From contig CAXXDV010000003.1 in the NCBI GenBank assembly GCA_963674745.2, positions 2,016,001 through 2,080,000 on the forward strand: DNA of 64,000 nucleotides. Direction: 5' to 3'. Origin of the DNA: Desulfosudaceae bacterium (GTDB lineage: Bacteria; Desulfobacterota; Desulfobacteria; Desulfobacterales; Desulfosudaceae). The notes under the pieces are model-generated. The model saw only the letters and a program-made list of their open reading frames with translations, was not told the DNA's origin and did no database searches. Positions 1-9,610 of this stretch are shown here, piece by piece (position 1 is the first letter of the stretch; each line of letters opens with the position of its first letter). The translations under genes were made by a program, and so were the position numbers.

Positions 1-71
1 GGTAGCTCAGTCGGTAGAGCAGGGGACTGAAAATCCCCGTGTCGGCAGTTCGATTCTGTCCCTCGGCACCA
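1..71 (+). tRNA. tRNA-Phe(GAA), about 5 nt of the 5' end cut off by the window edge
   Basis: D arm GCTCAGTCGGTAGAGC; anticodon stem-loop GGGGA-CTGAAAA-TCCCC (GAA at 29-31); T arm GGCAG-TTCGATT-CTGTC; encoded 3' ACCA at 68-71. Confidence 0.97.
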
Positions 72-91
72 GCAATAAATATAACTATATC

Positions 92-125
92 AATGGCTTA
101 CTTCAAAGTAGCGGTAAGCCATTTT
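92..125 (+). terminator. Intrinsic terminator-like hairpin after tRNA-Phe
   Basis: AATGGCTTAC (92-101) pairs with GTAAGCCATT (114-123), followed by a short T run. Confidence 0.6.
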
Positions 126-406
126 CATTGGTGCCCTGCCCCGTGTGTGAAAAATATTCGGGCTTGTGAAAATAGGCAAACGATCAACTCTCGCACAGAC
201 TTTATTTCTTTAATCATTTCAAGCTAACCTTGTATTTTGCAAAAGCAACTAGATCGGAGTATGTGATCTTTTATCCCCGGATCCGACTGTTCAGTCACCC
301 CCTGAACATGTAGCGGAAAAGACTGACGTCTGAGAACATTTCACCCAAAACGATTAAAAATCACTTCACATAAATCGACAAAAATTCTTTTATAAACAGC
401 ACAACC

Positions 407-1012
407 TTAAAGTGAATTCAAATATGTTTGAATGATTTTTTGTGATCCGACGCCACAACTGATAATTGACCTGAAGGCCTCTTCAGCCGAAACAGAAACC
501 GGATGGACAAATTCTTTTTTTAAATGAAAAATATAACCGGTTGTCGGGTTGGGGCCGGTGGGGACAAAAACGGTATAAGTTCCATCTGGATGCTGTTCCG
601 TTATAAATCCCGTCATTAACGTATTGTTTTCAAATGCGCGGACCATTGCCACAGACGAGAACGGCAGCCTGCCTTTTCCCAGAAACTGCATAACCGTTGT
701 TTTTATCAAGGCGTATCCCGGCGCTCTGCTCATTATCCGTTTTTCAAAATTCTCCTGAATAAAAGTCCCTAATTTTGTCTTAACCAGAATACCGACCAGA
801 AAACATCCGGTTAATATCAGCATTACGGCAAAGATGTCGGCTACAACTTCCATGAGATGAAAATGGGAAACCAGTAAGGTGGTAAAAGGCTGAATCAGGT
901 TCGTGATTAACCTGAACAGCCACATAAATACAAAAATAAAAAGCGCCAGCGGCATGACGACCACAACACCACCAAGAATGGATGTCGTGACAAACGATTT
1001 TAGATTACCCAT
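407..1012 (-). CDS. DUF502-family membrane protein
   Basis: Two N-terminal TM segments; C-terminal VFVPTGPNPTTGY motif typical of DUF502. Confidence 0.8.
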   Translation of the reverse strand: MGNLKSFVTTSILGGVVVVMPLALFIFVFMWLFRLITNLIQPFTTLLVSHFHLMEVVADIFAVMLILTGCFLVGILVKTKLGTFIQENFEKRIMSRAPGYALIKTTVMQFLGKGRLPFSSVAMVRAFENNTLMTGFITEQHPDGTYTVFVPTGPNPTTGYIFHLKKEFVHPVSVSAEEAFRSIISCGVGSQKIIQTYLNSL

Positions 1013-1107
1013 TTCAAGCCGCCTGTTTCCGCAATTGATCCGCTAAATAATTGATAACTCATTGAATCCCCTTCCTACGATATTCGCTTTTGATTTCACA
1101 AAAATCG

Positions 1108-2586
1108 TTAAAAGACTGTATTCATACAGTTAATTAGCTTTTCGATTTCGACTGTTGCTATGCCGGAATTGATATCGGACATGGCATAGGGAATGACCAG
1201 TTCGTTATTATGAATTATCGCACCGCAGGAATAAACGACATTGGGTACATATCCCTCGCGTTCTTTCTCATGTGGGGCAAGTAACGGCTCATCAAGACGG
1301 GCGATAATTTTTGAAGGTTTATCAAGATCAAGCAGCATGGCGCTGATGCAATATTGACGCATAGGCCCGACACCGTGGGTGAGCACGAGCCAACCTTTGT
1401 CGGTCTCCAGGGGGGAACCGCAGTTACCGATCTGAAAGAACTCCCAGGGATATTCAGGTTCCTGGATGATTTGGGACTTCTGCCAGAAATGGATGTTATC
1501 TGAGAACATGATATGATTATTTTCACCGTCCTGGCGTGAGAGCATCACATAACGGCCGTTAATTTTCCGCGGGAAAAGTGCCATGCCTTTATTTTGTACG
1601 GCTTTGCCGTTGAGTGTGAGAATGTTGAATGTGATGAAATCTTTGGTTTCAATCAACTGCGGTAAAATCGTAATGCCATTATAAGCGGTATAGGTAGCAT
1701 AGTAAATGACCTCTCCGTTGTCATTGAAAAATTGCACGAACCGGGCATCTTCAATACCCCTGCTTTCGTTTTTTGAAACGGGAAAGATCACCCGTTCGGA
1801 TATGGGATGATCGGGGTGAAAGCTCACCTCGTAATTGGAATCCGCAAGCCAGCACATGACCTCGAAGGTTCTGTTCTGGAACGCTTCAGAAAATAGCGGC
1901 TTTGTGCGAAGTTGTTTGATTATCTCTATTAATTCATTATAAGTAAAATCCTCCGGCAGCTGGTTAAGAATATGGGCGGTTATCTCATTGGCGGCCCCCA
2001 TCTCGTTAAGTTTTCGTTGGAACGGATTGCGTTTGTAAACCGCGTCTACCTGGAGATCCGGGGTTTCCACAAAATCACTGATCGGGTCGAAGAAGAATTT
2101 GTTGTTTCGGTCAAGGATACCGCTACGAAAGACAATGGACGAAATATGGCCTTCGCCGGTTGCCCGCAGACTCATGACAAAACGCAGGCTGCCTTTTTTC
2201 AAGTGGCTCTGATCAGGATGGGGGATGATGGAAGGGTTAAAAAGGGCTGCCGATTCAATGGAGTATTCCTTTGTAAAGTAAGCGCCGATGAGCGCCTTTT
2301 GGACATCGCTGAGGATTGTTTTCTGGGGAATATAATCCTTCACCTCCGTTAAGTGCTGCTCAAAAATGTGTTCGATATTTTCGTGTCGTCCGGAAAAGTC
2401 GGCCATTATTTGTGAGATTAAATTATTAGCCGTTGTTTCAGGCAAGCTCATTATCCGGGCAATTATTTTTGCTATACGATACCCTTCTTCGGGAACATTA
2501 AGCTGAGTGATCACCCGTGAGGTATCCCCTGTGATCTTAATCGCCTTTCTTTTAACGTTCAGCTTCTGATTCATTTTTACCTGCAT
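1108..2586 (-). CDS. GH130-like glycosidase/glycoside phosphorylase (long form)
   Basis: FNPS, GIEDARF, YATYTAY, KGMALFP, EREGYVPNVVYSCG motifs; start moved to ATG 2586, after an AAGGA RBS. Confidence 0.8.
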   Translation of the reverse strand: MQVKMNQKLNVKRKAIKITGDTSRVITQLNVPEEGYRIAKIIARIMSLPETTANNLISQIMADFSGRHENIEHIFEQHLTEVKDYIPQKTILSDVQKALIGAYFTKEYSIESAALFNPSIIPHPDQSHLKKGSLRFVMSLRATGEGHISSIVFRSGILDRNNKFFFDPISDFVETPDLQVDAVYKRNPFQRKLNEMGAANEITAHILNQLPEDFTYNELIEIIKQLRTKPLFSEAFQNRTFEVMCWLADSNYEVSFHPDHPISERVIFPVSKNESRGIEDARFVQFFNDNGEVIYYATYTAYNGITILPQLIETKDFITFNILTLNGKAVQNKGMALFPRKINGRYVMLSRQDGENNHIMFSDNIHFWQKSQIIQEPEYPWEFFQIGNCGSPLETDKGWLVLTHGVGPMRQYCISAMLLDLDKPSKIIARLDEPLLAPHEKEREGYVPNVVYSCGAIIHNNELVIPYAMSDINSGIATVEIEKLINCMNTVF

Positions 2587-2629
2587 ATACGCTGTGTCCT
2601 TATTGTTGGTTGAATTTTTATAAAATAAT

Positions 2630-3571
2630 TTACAACGGCGGCCGGGAAGCCGTGAGACAAAGCGAAACCAGATCTTCAATCACGGCTGTGCCAACGCACA
2701 TGACCGTATCTGCGCCGCCCCAGTATATTTTCACCGTACCGTCCTTTTCCGGAACAGCACCGCAGGTAAAAACCACATTGGGGACATAACCAGTTGTCTC
2801 CCAGGGATCTTCAGGCTGCAATATCCATTGATCGGAAACACCGATGATCTTGGCTGGATCATCAAGGTCATGCAGGGCCGCGCCGAGTCGATACACGGCT
2901 CCGGCCATTGTTTTAAAGACGCCATGATAAATATGAAGCCAGCCCTGGCCGGTTTTAAACGGCGGCGCGCCGGGTCCGATTTTCATTTCATCCCAGTGAT
3001 AGGCCAGCGGCCTCATAATTACCCGGGAATTGCCCCAGTGCATCAGGTCCGGAGAATATGAAATCCAGATCGACCAGGGCAAAATTTCCGAATGCGGCCG
3101 GTCCAGGCGCGCATAGCGGCCGCCGAACTTTTCAGGAAAAATGACCACGTTGCGAAGGTCTGCCTGGGTGATCAGGGCAATACGTTCCACTGTTTCAAAA
3201 TCCCGGGTGCGCGCCAGGGCAATCCGCACGCCGTGACGGGAATAGGCGCTATAGGTCAGCAGGTACTCATCCTCTACCGGCGAAATCCTCAGGTCTTCGA
3301 CGCCGAACGCTTCATATTCGGCAAAGACCCTGTCTGTTGAAGGTATCAGAAAGGGTTCGGGATGAACCGTAAATGAAAATCCATCCTCGCTGTCGGCCCT
3401 GCCAATAATGGAACGCCCGTTCATCAGATGGGATCTGAAAAGCATGATGTAACGATCATTGTGTTTGACAACGCCGGCGTTGTGGACAGTCGCAACCGGA
3501 TACGGCACATCTTTTCGGGTCAGGATGGGGTTCTTTTTAAAACGAGTTATTATTGGGTTCTGGATTTTCAA
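2630..3571 (-). CDS. GH130-family glycoside phosphorylase/hydrolase
   Basis: HNAGV, GVEDLRI, RNVVIFPEK, KIGPG, WETTGYVPNVVFTCG motifs. Confidence 0.85.
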   Translation of the reverse strand: MKIQNPIITRFKKNPILTRKDVPYPVATVHNAGVVKHNDRYIMLFRSHLMNGRSIIGRADSEDGFSFTVHPEPFLIPSTDRVFAEYEAFGVEDLRISPVEDEYLLTYSAYSRHGVRIALARTRDFETVERIALITQADLRNVVIFPEKFGGRYARLDRPHSEILPWSIWISYSPDLMHWGNSRVIMRPLAYHWDEMKIGPGAPPFKTGQGWLHIYHGVFKTMAGAVYRLGAALHDLDDPAKIIGVSDQWILQPEDPWETTGYVPNVVFTCGAVPEKDGTVKIYWGGADTVMCVGTAVIEDLVSLCLTASRPPL

Positions 3572-4587
3572 AGGGGTCTATCCTGTAAAATCATTTCATA
3601 GAGGTTTATGTATTCATCAACCATGCGATCGACCGTGAAATGCCGTTCAACATGGCGACGGCAGTCTGCACGGTCAATCTCTTCAATATGTTCAACCGCC
3701 TTAATGGCCTCGTTTACATTGTCGACCAAAAAACCGTTTTTTCCGTTTTCAATCAATTCAGGCATACTGCCCCTGTCAAAGGCGATCACGGGCGTACCGC
3801 AGGCCATGGATTCGATAACGGACAGACCAAAAGGCTCATCAAATTGTATGGGGTGCAACAGCGCGCGCGCGTTGCCGAGCAGCCGGTTTCGCTCAACCGG
3901 TCCGACGCTGCCGACATAAACCACCATATTATTGTCGATGTGAGGGGCGACATACTGATCATAGTAAGCCTCGTCCTGGATAATACCTGCCAGTATCAGT
4001 TTTTTATGGCAGGCCCTGGCGATTTCGATCGCTTGCCGCACGCCCTTGTCATGGTGAATGCGCCCAAAAAAAAGCAGATAATCATCCGGAGCAGACTGAA
4101 AATCAAACTGCCTGATGTCAATGCCATGATGAATGGTTCTGATATAATCCAGATCCGGCGACCGGTCGGCATCGCTGATGGAAACATAGTAAGTTTTACC
4201 GTTGTACTTTTTATAAACAGGCAAAATCCCGGGCGATGAAAAGCCGTGAATGGTGGTCACCACCGGGGTGGTGGTCAGGCCGGTATACGTCAGCGGCAGA
4301 AAATCAAAATTGTTATGGATAATGTCAAACTTGTCGGCATGATCAAATAGTTCTGAAATGTGCAGGCACTCCCAGACTTTTGGTATGAGTGAGCGGTCTT
4401 CCTCATAGCCCCGCGGACAGACGGCTTGCAGCGTGCCGCTGGTCTTTGAATCCGCGGTCGCGAACAAGGTGACCTCATGACCGCGTGTTACCAGCCCTTC
4501 GGTTAAAAGGGAAGCCACGCTTTCCCAGGGGCCATAATGACGTGGGGGCGTTCGCCAGGCAATGGGTGAGAGCATCGCGATGTGCAT
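3568..4587 (-). CDS. Glycosyltransferase family 4
   Basis: TPPRHYGPWE, FGRIHHDKG, EPFGLSVIESMACGTPV GT-B motifs. Confidence 0.9.
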   Translation of the reverse strand: MHIAMLSPIAWRTPPRHYGPWESVASLLTEGLVTRGHEVTLFATADSKTSGTLQAVCPRGYEEDRSLIPKVWECLHISELFDHADKFDIIHNNFDFLPLTYTGLTTTPVVTTIHGFSSPGILPVYKKYNGKTYYVSISDADRSPDLDYIRTIHHGIDIRQFDFQSAPDDYLLFFGRIHHDKGVRQAIEIARACHKKLILAGIIQDEAYYDQYVAPHIDNNMVVYVGSVGPVERNRLLGNARALLHPIQFDEPFGLSVIESMACGTPVIAFDRGSMPELIENGKNGFLVDNVNEAIKAVEHIEEIDRADCRRHVERHFTVDRMVDEYINLYEMILQDRPL

Positions 4588-4601
4588 GGCTGATCCTTTA
4601 C

Positions 4602-6908
4602 CTAATTGGCTTTCGAGAACGATGCCGATTTAAGGACTTCGTCGGCATAGAGATGCTGCAAAGATATCAGCGACAGCAGCCAGGCAAGGGACGATTCAGC
4701 ACCCTCATTCTGGTTAATGCCGTCCGCCATCAAGCCATCCCGGCAGCCGCCGGTCTTGGGATCATAGAGCGGCATATTCAGGTCATTTTGTCCGAGAAAC
4801 CAGTTAAAACACATGACGGCGTTGTCGAACCAGGTGTGGTCACGGGTGATATTAAACGCTTCAATACAGGCTTCAATCATGGCATTGGCTTCGACGGGCT
4901 GCTGGTCGAAACGTGCTCTATGACCGCCTTTTTCATACCATCCGTTGCTGCCGATGGGCACAAAGTGATTATCTTCGGTTTGGATGGCAAGCAGCCACTT
5001 GAGGGCGTTAAGTCCCATATCGATCATGTCGCTTCTTTGCATCCTTTTGCCGGACACCAGCAGGGCTTGGGGCAGTTTGCCGTTAGCATAGTTCAACGCG
5101 TTTTCAAGCCAGGGCCAATCGACTGTTCCATTGTGTACGAACTGATTAAAAAGTCTGTCGGCAAGTGCGTCACGGACCCTGCGCACATCACTGTCGCCGG
5201 AAAATTTATGCAGGTAAGCATTTATGCCTACTAGAGAAAAAGCCATAGCGCGAGGCGAATAAAAACCCTCGGCCGCTCTCAACGCCTTGTTGAAAAGGGT
5301 TGTGCTCATTGCCAGATGCCCTGGATCGTCGAGAAAAGCCACTGCTTTACCCAGACACCAGATCGCCCTGCCATGGGCATCCTCTGATCCGACATCCTCC
5401 ATCCACTGCCGTGAATACGTCATGAAATTGCGAAAGCGCCCATTCTTTTCATTATAAGCATACAGAAGAAATCCAAGATAATGGCCGCTTAGAGAATCAA
5501 GTCCAAAACCGTTTGTCGGCAGGTATTTCTGTCCCATTGCGACAACCAGCAGGGCTCTGGCATTATCATCGGTGCAATAGCCATGAGCGCGATCAGGAAT
5601 GGTATGGTTGGCATGTTGCAGGATGCCGGTATCATCGGTAAACGCTTTCAGGTGATCGAGCTTGATCTCCGGGAGCTCGAAATTTGTGATGGCCTTGATG
5701 TTTTCCACATAGGAATAACGGGGACGGGGGTTTTGGGTGCGATTTTGCCGCACTTCACTGAAAACCTGGAGGTATTTTTGGGCTACCGCTTTCCAAACCG
5801 CTTCACGGCTGAAGGTATAAGCCTTTTTACGCATGGCGTGCCGTTCCACATCGTTGTCAAAAAGTTCGATAATTTGTCCGGCGATGGCATCCGGATTGCG
5901 AAAGGGTACAATCCGGCCCCGGCCTTCAGCCAGCATCTCAACGGCATACCAGTATGGTGTTGAGATGACGGCTTTGCCTGTGCCCATGGCATAGGCAAGC
6001 GTCCCTGAGGAAATCTGGGATTCTTCAAGATAAGGGGTTACGTAAATATCGGCAATGCCGAGAAACTCGCACAACTCTTCTAGTTCAACAAAACGATTTT
6101 GAAAAATCACATTTTCGCCGATGTCGAGTTTGCGCACGAGCTGCTGCAGCATGATACGGTATTCGTCGCCATGAGACTTTAAGATATGCGGGTGTGTCGC
6201 GCCCAGAATGATATAGACGACATCAGGATGTTTTTTGATGACCATGGGAAGCGCCTGCAGCACATTCTCTATACCCTTATTCGGGGAGAGCAGGCCGAAT
6301 GTGAGCAGCACCTTTTTGCCTTCCACCCTGAACTTATCTTTGTAGTAGCTTGAATCAATAAACGGCGTATCCGGAATGCCATGATGAATAAAAGCGATTT
6401 TCTCCTCGGGTACTGCATAGACATCCCTGAGAAAATCGGATGCCTTGAGACTCATCACCACCAGTTTATCAGACAGATCGGACAGTTTACACATGACGTC
6501 ACGATATTCAGGAGCAGGATCCTTCAGAATCGTATGCAATGTTGTTACGACCGGCATGCGCAGATCACCTAACAGTTTAAGCAGGTGACTGCCGGCCGGA
6601 CCGCCGAAAATTCCGTATTCATGCTGTACGCAGACAATGTCCGTCTGGCTGATATTAATAAATTGAGCGGCAATACCGTAATCGGCCAATTTGTTCTGGT
6701 TGATCTCAAATCGCACTTTTTTCGGATATAGATATCCCTCAAGTTTATCATTCATGGCAGCCGCCCAGCATTTAATTCCGGGCGTTTGCGCCGATAAAGC
6801 CTCGACCAGGTCGGTTGTGAAAGTAGCGATACCGCACTGGCGGGGCAGATAGTTACCTATTACGGCAACTGATTCGATTCCCTCGTAACATTTAATACCA
6901 GATGTCAT
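4602..6908 (-). CDS. GT4 glycosyltransferase fused to a C-terminal helical glycosidase-like domain
   Basis: N-terminal PRQCGIATFT, QHEYGIFGG, FGLLSPNKG, SSGTLAYA; C-terminal GYCTDDNARAL, SEDAHGRA, FDQQPVEA, NQNEGAES; ATG 6908 preferred over 6947. Confidence 0.8.
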   Translation of the reverse strand: MTSGIKCYEGIESVAVIGNYLPRQCGIATFTTDLVEALSAQTPGIKCWAAAMNDKLEGYLYPKKVRFEINQNKLADYGIAAQFINISQTDIVCVQHEYGIFGGPAGSHLLKLLGDLRMPVVTTLHTILKDPAPEYRDVMCKLSDLSDKLVVMSLKASDFLRDVYAVPEEKIAFIHHGIPDTPFIDSSYYKDKFRVEGKKVLLTFGLLSPNKGIENVLQALPMVIKKHPDVVYIILGATHPHILKSHGDEYRIMLQQLVRKLDIGENVIFQNRFVELEELCEFLGIADIYVTPYLEESQISSGTLAYAMGTGKAVISTPYWYAVEMLAEGRGRIVPFRNPDAIAGQIIELFDNDVERHAMRKKAYTFSREAVWKAVAQKYLQVFSEVRQNRTQNPRPRYSYVENIKAITNFELPEIKLDHLKAFTDDTGILQHANHTIPDRAHGYCTDDNARALLVVAMGQKYLPTNGFGLDSLSGHYLGFLLYAYNEKNGRFRNFMTYSRQWMEDVGSEDAHGRAIWCLGKAVAFLDDPGHLAMSTTLFNKALRAAEGFYSPRAMAFSLVGINAYLHKFSGDSDVRRVRDALADRLFNQFVHNGTVDWPWLENALNYANGKLPQALLVSGKRMQRSDMIDMGLNALKWLLAIQTEDNHFVPIGSNGWYEKGGHRARFDQQPVEANAMIEACIEAFNITRDHTWFDNAVMCFNWFLGQNDLNMPLYDPKTGGCRDGLMADGINQNEGAESSLAWLLSLISLQHLYADEVLKSASFSKAN

Positions 6909-6930
6909 AACAATTGCTGCCTTTTTGCTT

Positions 6931-7062
6931 TTACGTTGATCTTTCATTTGTCAAAATCGATGGCACTTTATCCTTTTTCCCCTTTCGTTTCTCTTTCAGC
7001 GTTTGTTTACCTTTTTTCTGTTCTTCACGTTTGCCTTTATCCCGTTTTCCTTTGTCGCCCAT
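6931..7062 (-). CDS. Small Lys/Arg-rich protein (43 aa), absent from the ORF track
   Basis: Manual translation MGDKGKRDKGKREEQKKGKQTLKEKRKGKKDKVPSILTNERST*; AAGGAA RBS; fills the gap in the operon. Confidence 0.6.
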   Translation of the reverse strand: MGDKGKRDKGKREEQKKGKQTLKEKRKGKKDKVPSILTNERST

Positions 7063-7093
7063 TTGGTTTCCTTTTCTTTATGAATTATTGTTT

Positions 7094-8269
7094 TTATCCA
7101 TGGCCGGACGGTTCACCCGGGGCATACCCGGCTATTCCTGTCATGAATCTCACAACCCAATAGCTTAGCCAGCTTGTCAGGCGGAACCGAAATGACTTCG
7201 AGCTCAATTTGTTCCCGAAAATCCGTCGAGCGCCGTCCTTGATTGCCTGCTCCATGCTATACTTTAATTCTTTGGCAAAATCTTCATCATCAACAACGAC
7301 ATTTGCTTCCAAAGAAAGCAGCAGGCTGAGCGGATCAAGATTTGAAGATCCCACTGTAGCCCAATGATTATCAATCACGGCAACTTTGGCGTGCATCATA
7401 CTCTTGTGATATTCGTAGATCTCAATCCCGGCATCGAAAAAATCGCCATACAAGGCATGTGAAGCATAATGCAGCAGGCGATGATCCATTTTGCCCTGCA
7501 ACAGCAAAACCACCCGGACGCCACGCCCAGACGCATCCAAAAGCGCCCGCCGGAAATTCAATCCCGGGAAAAAGTAGGCATTGGCCAGAATGATTTCAAA
7601 TTGTGCCTGTTCAATTGCCAAAAGATAGGCCTCTTCAATATCCCGGCGATGGCGGATGTTATTCCGTATCATAAAACCAGAGCGCATCCGGCCCATGGCT
7701 TCGACTGAAGGGACTTGTCTGTAATCTTCCCGACCCAGGCCGGGAAGCATGCGGGACCAGGTCACTCGCGCCCACAACCGGCGGGAAGAGGTATAAATTT
7801 TTGTCACCAGCGGCCCCTCCACACGGACAGCGTAGTCATGACGAATCGGTGTTTGATCAGGCATATTCATATCATCGATTATATTAATCCCTCCGACAAA
7901 CGCCATCTTCCGGTCCACAACCAATACTTTGCGGTGCAAGCGCCGCAACCGCCGGCGTCGCAACGTCCAGGGCGATGTCCTAGGCCGGAACTTCAATACC
8001 ATTACGCCAGCCGCTTCCATGTAATCCATCATGGTTTTCGGAAAACGCTTCGAACCGAATCCATCCATTAAAACGTGGACTTTTACGCCACGCAAGGCCG
8101 CCCGCCTGAGCGCATCCGCAATGCGCTGCCCGGTATTGTCATTTTCGAAAATATAGCTTTCCAGGTAAATCTCACGCTCCGCCAGGTAAAACGCCGCTTC
8201 GATCGCCGGAAAATAAGCTTCGCCGTTTTGTAACAGGGTAATGTGATTGTTTGGAATCATACGGAGCAA
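7094..8269 (-). CDS. clsB: Cardiolipin synthase B-like phospholipase D
   Basis: Two HKD motifs (HRKVLVVD, HAKVAVID); LLQNGEAYFP start; no N-terminal TM segment. Confidence 0.85.
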   Translation of the reverse strand: MLRMIPNNHITLLQNGEAYFPAIEAAFYLAEREIYLESYIFENDNTGQRIADALRRAALRGVKVHVLMDGFGSKRFPKTMMDYMEAAGVMVLKFRPRTSPWTLRRRRLRRLHRKVLVVDRKMAFVGGINIIDDMNMPDQTPIRHDYAVRVEGPLVTKIYTSSRRLWARVTWSRMLPGLGREDYRQVPSVEAMGRMRSGFMIRNNIRHRRDIEEAYLLAIEQAQFEIILANAYFFPGLNFRRALLDASGRGVRVVLLLQGKMDHRLLHYASHALYGDFFDAGIEIYEYHKSMMHAKVAVIDNHWATVGSSNLDPLSLLLSLEANVVVDDEDFAKELKYSMEQAIKDGARRIFGNKLSSKSFRFRLTSWLSYWVVRFMTGIAGYAPGEPSGHG

Positions 8270-8334
8270 AACAGGTCCATCCTTTTTCTGAATTGGCGCT
8301 GCCTGTCGGAAATATCAAGCGAACGTCTGGTCGG

Positions 8335-8556
8335 TTACTGCGGCTTGGTGTAGGGGTGGTTTTTGTGGTACAGACGCAGTTGAGAAGCAAACCAGCCCAG
8401 GACAATTCCAATTGATAAAATCAAAAGCATCACCAATGCCCTGGACATTGACAACGTCCAAAATAAAAACGTCAGTTCTACCGTCGTGACATTCTGGATG
8501 ATGAATAATACCACCATCCCAATCAGTGTTAAGCTAAGGATAAATTTGTAGTTCAT
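8335..8556 (-). CDS. LapA/DUF1049-like small membrane protein
   Basis: Two TM helices with the FIIQN..VELTFLFW pattern. Confidence 0.7.
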   Translation of the reverse strand: MNYKFILSLTLIGMVVLFIIQNVTTVELTFLFWTLSMSRALVMLLILSIGIVLGWFASQLRLYHKNHPYTKPQ

Positions 8557-8722
8557 TGTTATCTCCTCTATATTTTACGAAGGAACCTCAACTGTCGCGG
8601 CCGTTCACAGCTCACCAGCCACAAGCGATCACTCATGCCATATTCCGTGATCACGGACCGGGCAAAACACAATTCCTGCGTTTGCTTTGGCCTGCTGTTA
8701 ATCGTTCATCGGGTTTCGAAAT

Positions 8723-9199
8723 TCAGGAAAACGATTCCGCGTCTAAATCAGTTTGTATATTGCTTTGTGTATATCCTGTAAGCTGGAGTTGAATTTGTTT
8801 TAATGTTGCGCCTTTCAAAACCCATGTCTCGGCTTTTCCCAGATCAATTGATCCTGATATACCGGTTTCCCTGACAACAATCTTTTTTATTGTTTTTTCA
8901 TTTAATTCATCCGGATTGACATGCACCACCTTAATTTCATCAGCATCAGTGAGGGAAGAAAATCCACCAGGCAGATAAATCGCGCCATTAGAAAAATCTA
9001 CGGCAAAGGCAATAATACCCGGGATAAGAAAAAACAGAAGCCCCACTCCATCCAGAACTGCGACTCCCGCATCAATGCGTCCGCTACTCTGCCCTCTTCT
9101 TTCAGGATACAAGATCGTGCCACAAGCTGATATTTGAACGAGAAAAACAATTGAAACAAACACGGCGAGTATGTTGTTGGAAAGTACTCTCTTTTTCAT
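8723..9199 (-). CDS. Putative lipoprotein of unknown function
   Basis: Signal peptide with ISAC lipobox; ACGTILYPERRGQ; a second hydrophobic segment. Confidence 0.6.
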   Translation of the reverse strand: MKKRVLSNNILAVFVSIVFLVQISACGTILYPERRGQSSGRIDAGVAVLDGVGLLFFLIPGIIAFAVDFSNGAIYLPGGFSSLTDADEIKVVHVNPDELNEKTIKKIVVRETGISGSIDLGKAETWVLKGATLKQIQLQLTGYTQSNIQTDLDAESFS

Positions 9200-9275
9200 C
9201 TCAAAATCTCCTTCATCAATAAAGCCCCTTCAATAGCGCCGCCGCGAACGTTAATTCAAAAGCGTAAGACAATAA

Positions 9276-9554
9276 TCAGGAAAGGTCTTTCTTGAGTCCA
9301 TGAAAGGCCTTCACAATATCCTGGACCGCCTCGTGCATGCCCTCGGCGCCGGAACCGATATCAGTTGTTCTTTTTTTCTCAATTCTGTCCTGAACCCGGG
9401 ATTTGATTTCTTCCAGGTTTTGAGCGTGTTTTTCAAATTGCAGTCGATGCGCTTCTTCCAGGTCATCGATGACATCAGAATTAATCTGTAGGATGAGTTC
9501 GTCTGCCTCAGCCATTAATTGTTCGAGCGTTTTGGGTTCTGAATCACTTGGCAT
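9276..9554 (-). CDS. Hypothetical acidic coiled-coil protein
   Basis: GAAAGGAG RBS before ATG 9554; operon position. Confidence 0.55.
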   Translation of the reverse strand: MPSDSEPKTLEQLMAEADELILQINSDVIDDLEEAHRLQFEKHAQNLEEIKSRVQDRIEKKRTTDIGSGAEGMHEAVQDIVKAFHGLKKDLS

Positions 9555-9610
9555 AATTTCTCCTTTCACTGCTCCTATTGCTCTGAATGTGGTTCATCTT
9601 ATCGGCACCG

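Noticed and set aside
39..227. Short similar ORFs at 39-227, 16218-16436, 24065-24286 and 24174-24359 as a repeated small-protein family
   Set aside because: They are translations of the tRNA/att repeat and the shared arm; frames and stops are not conserved
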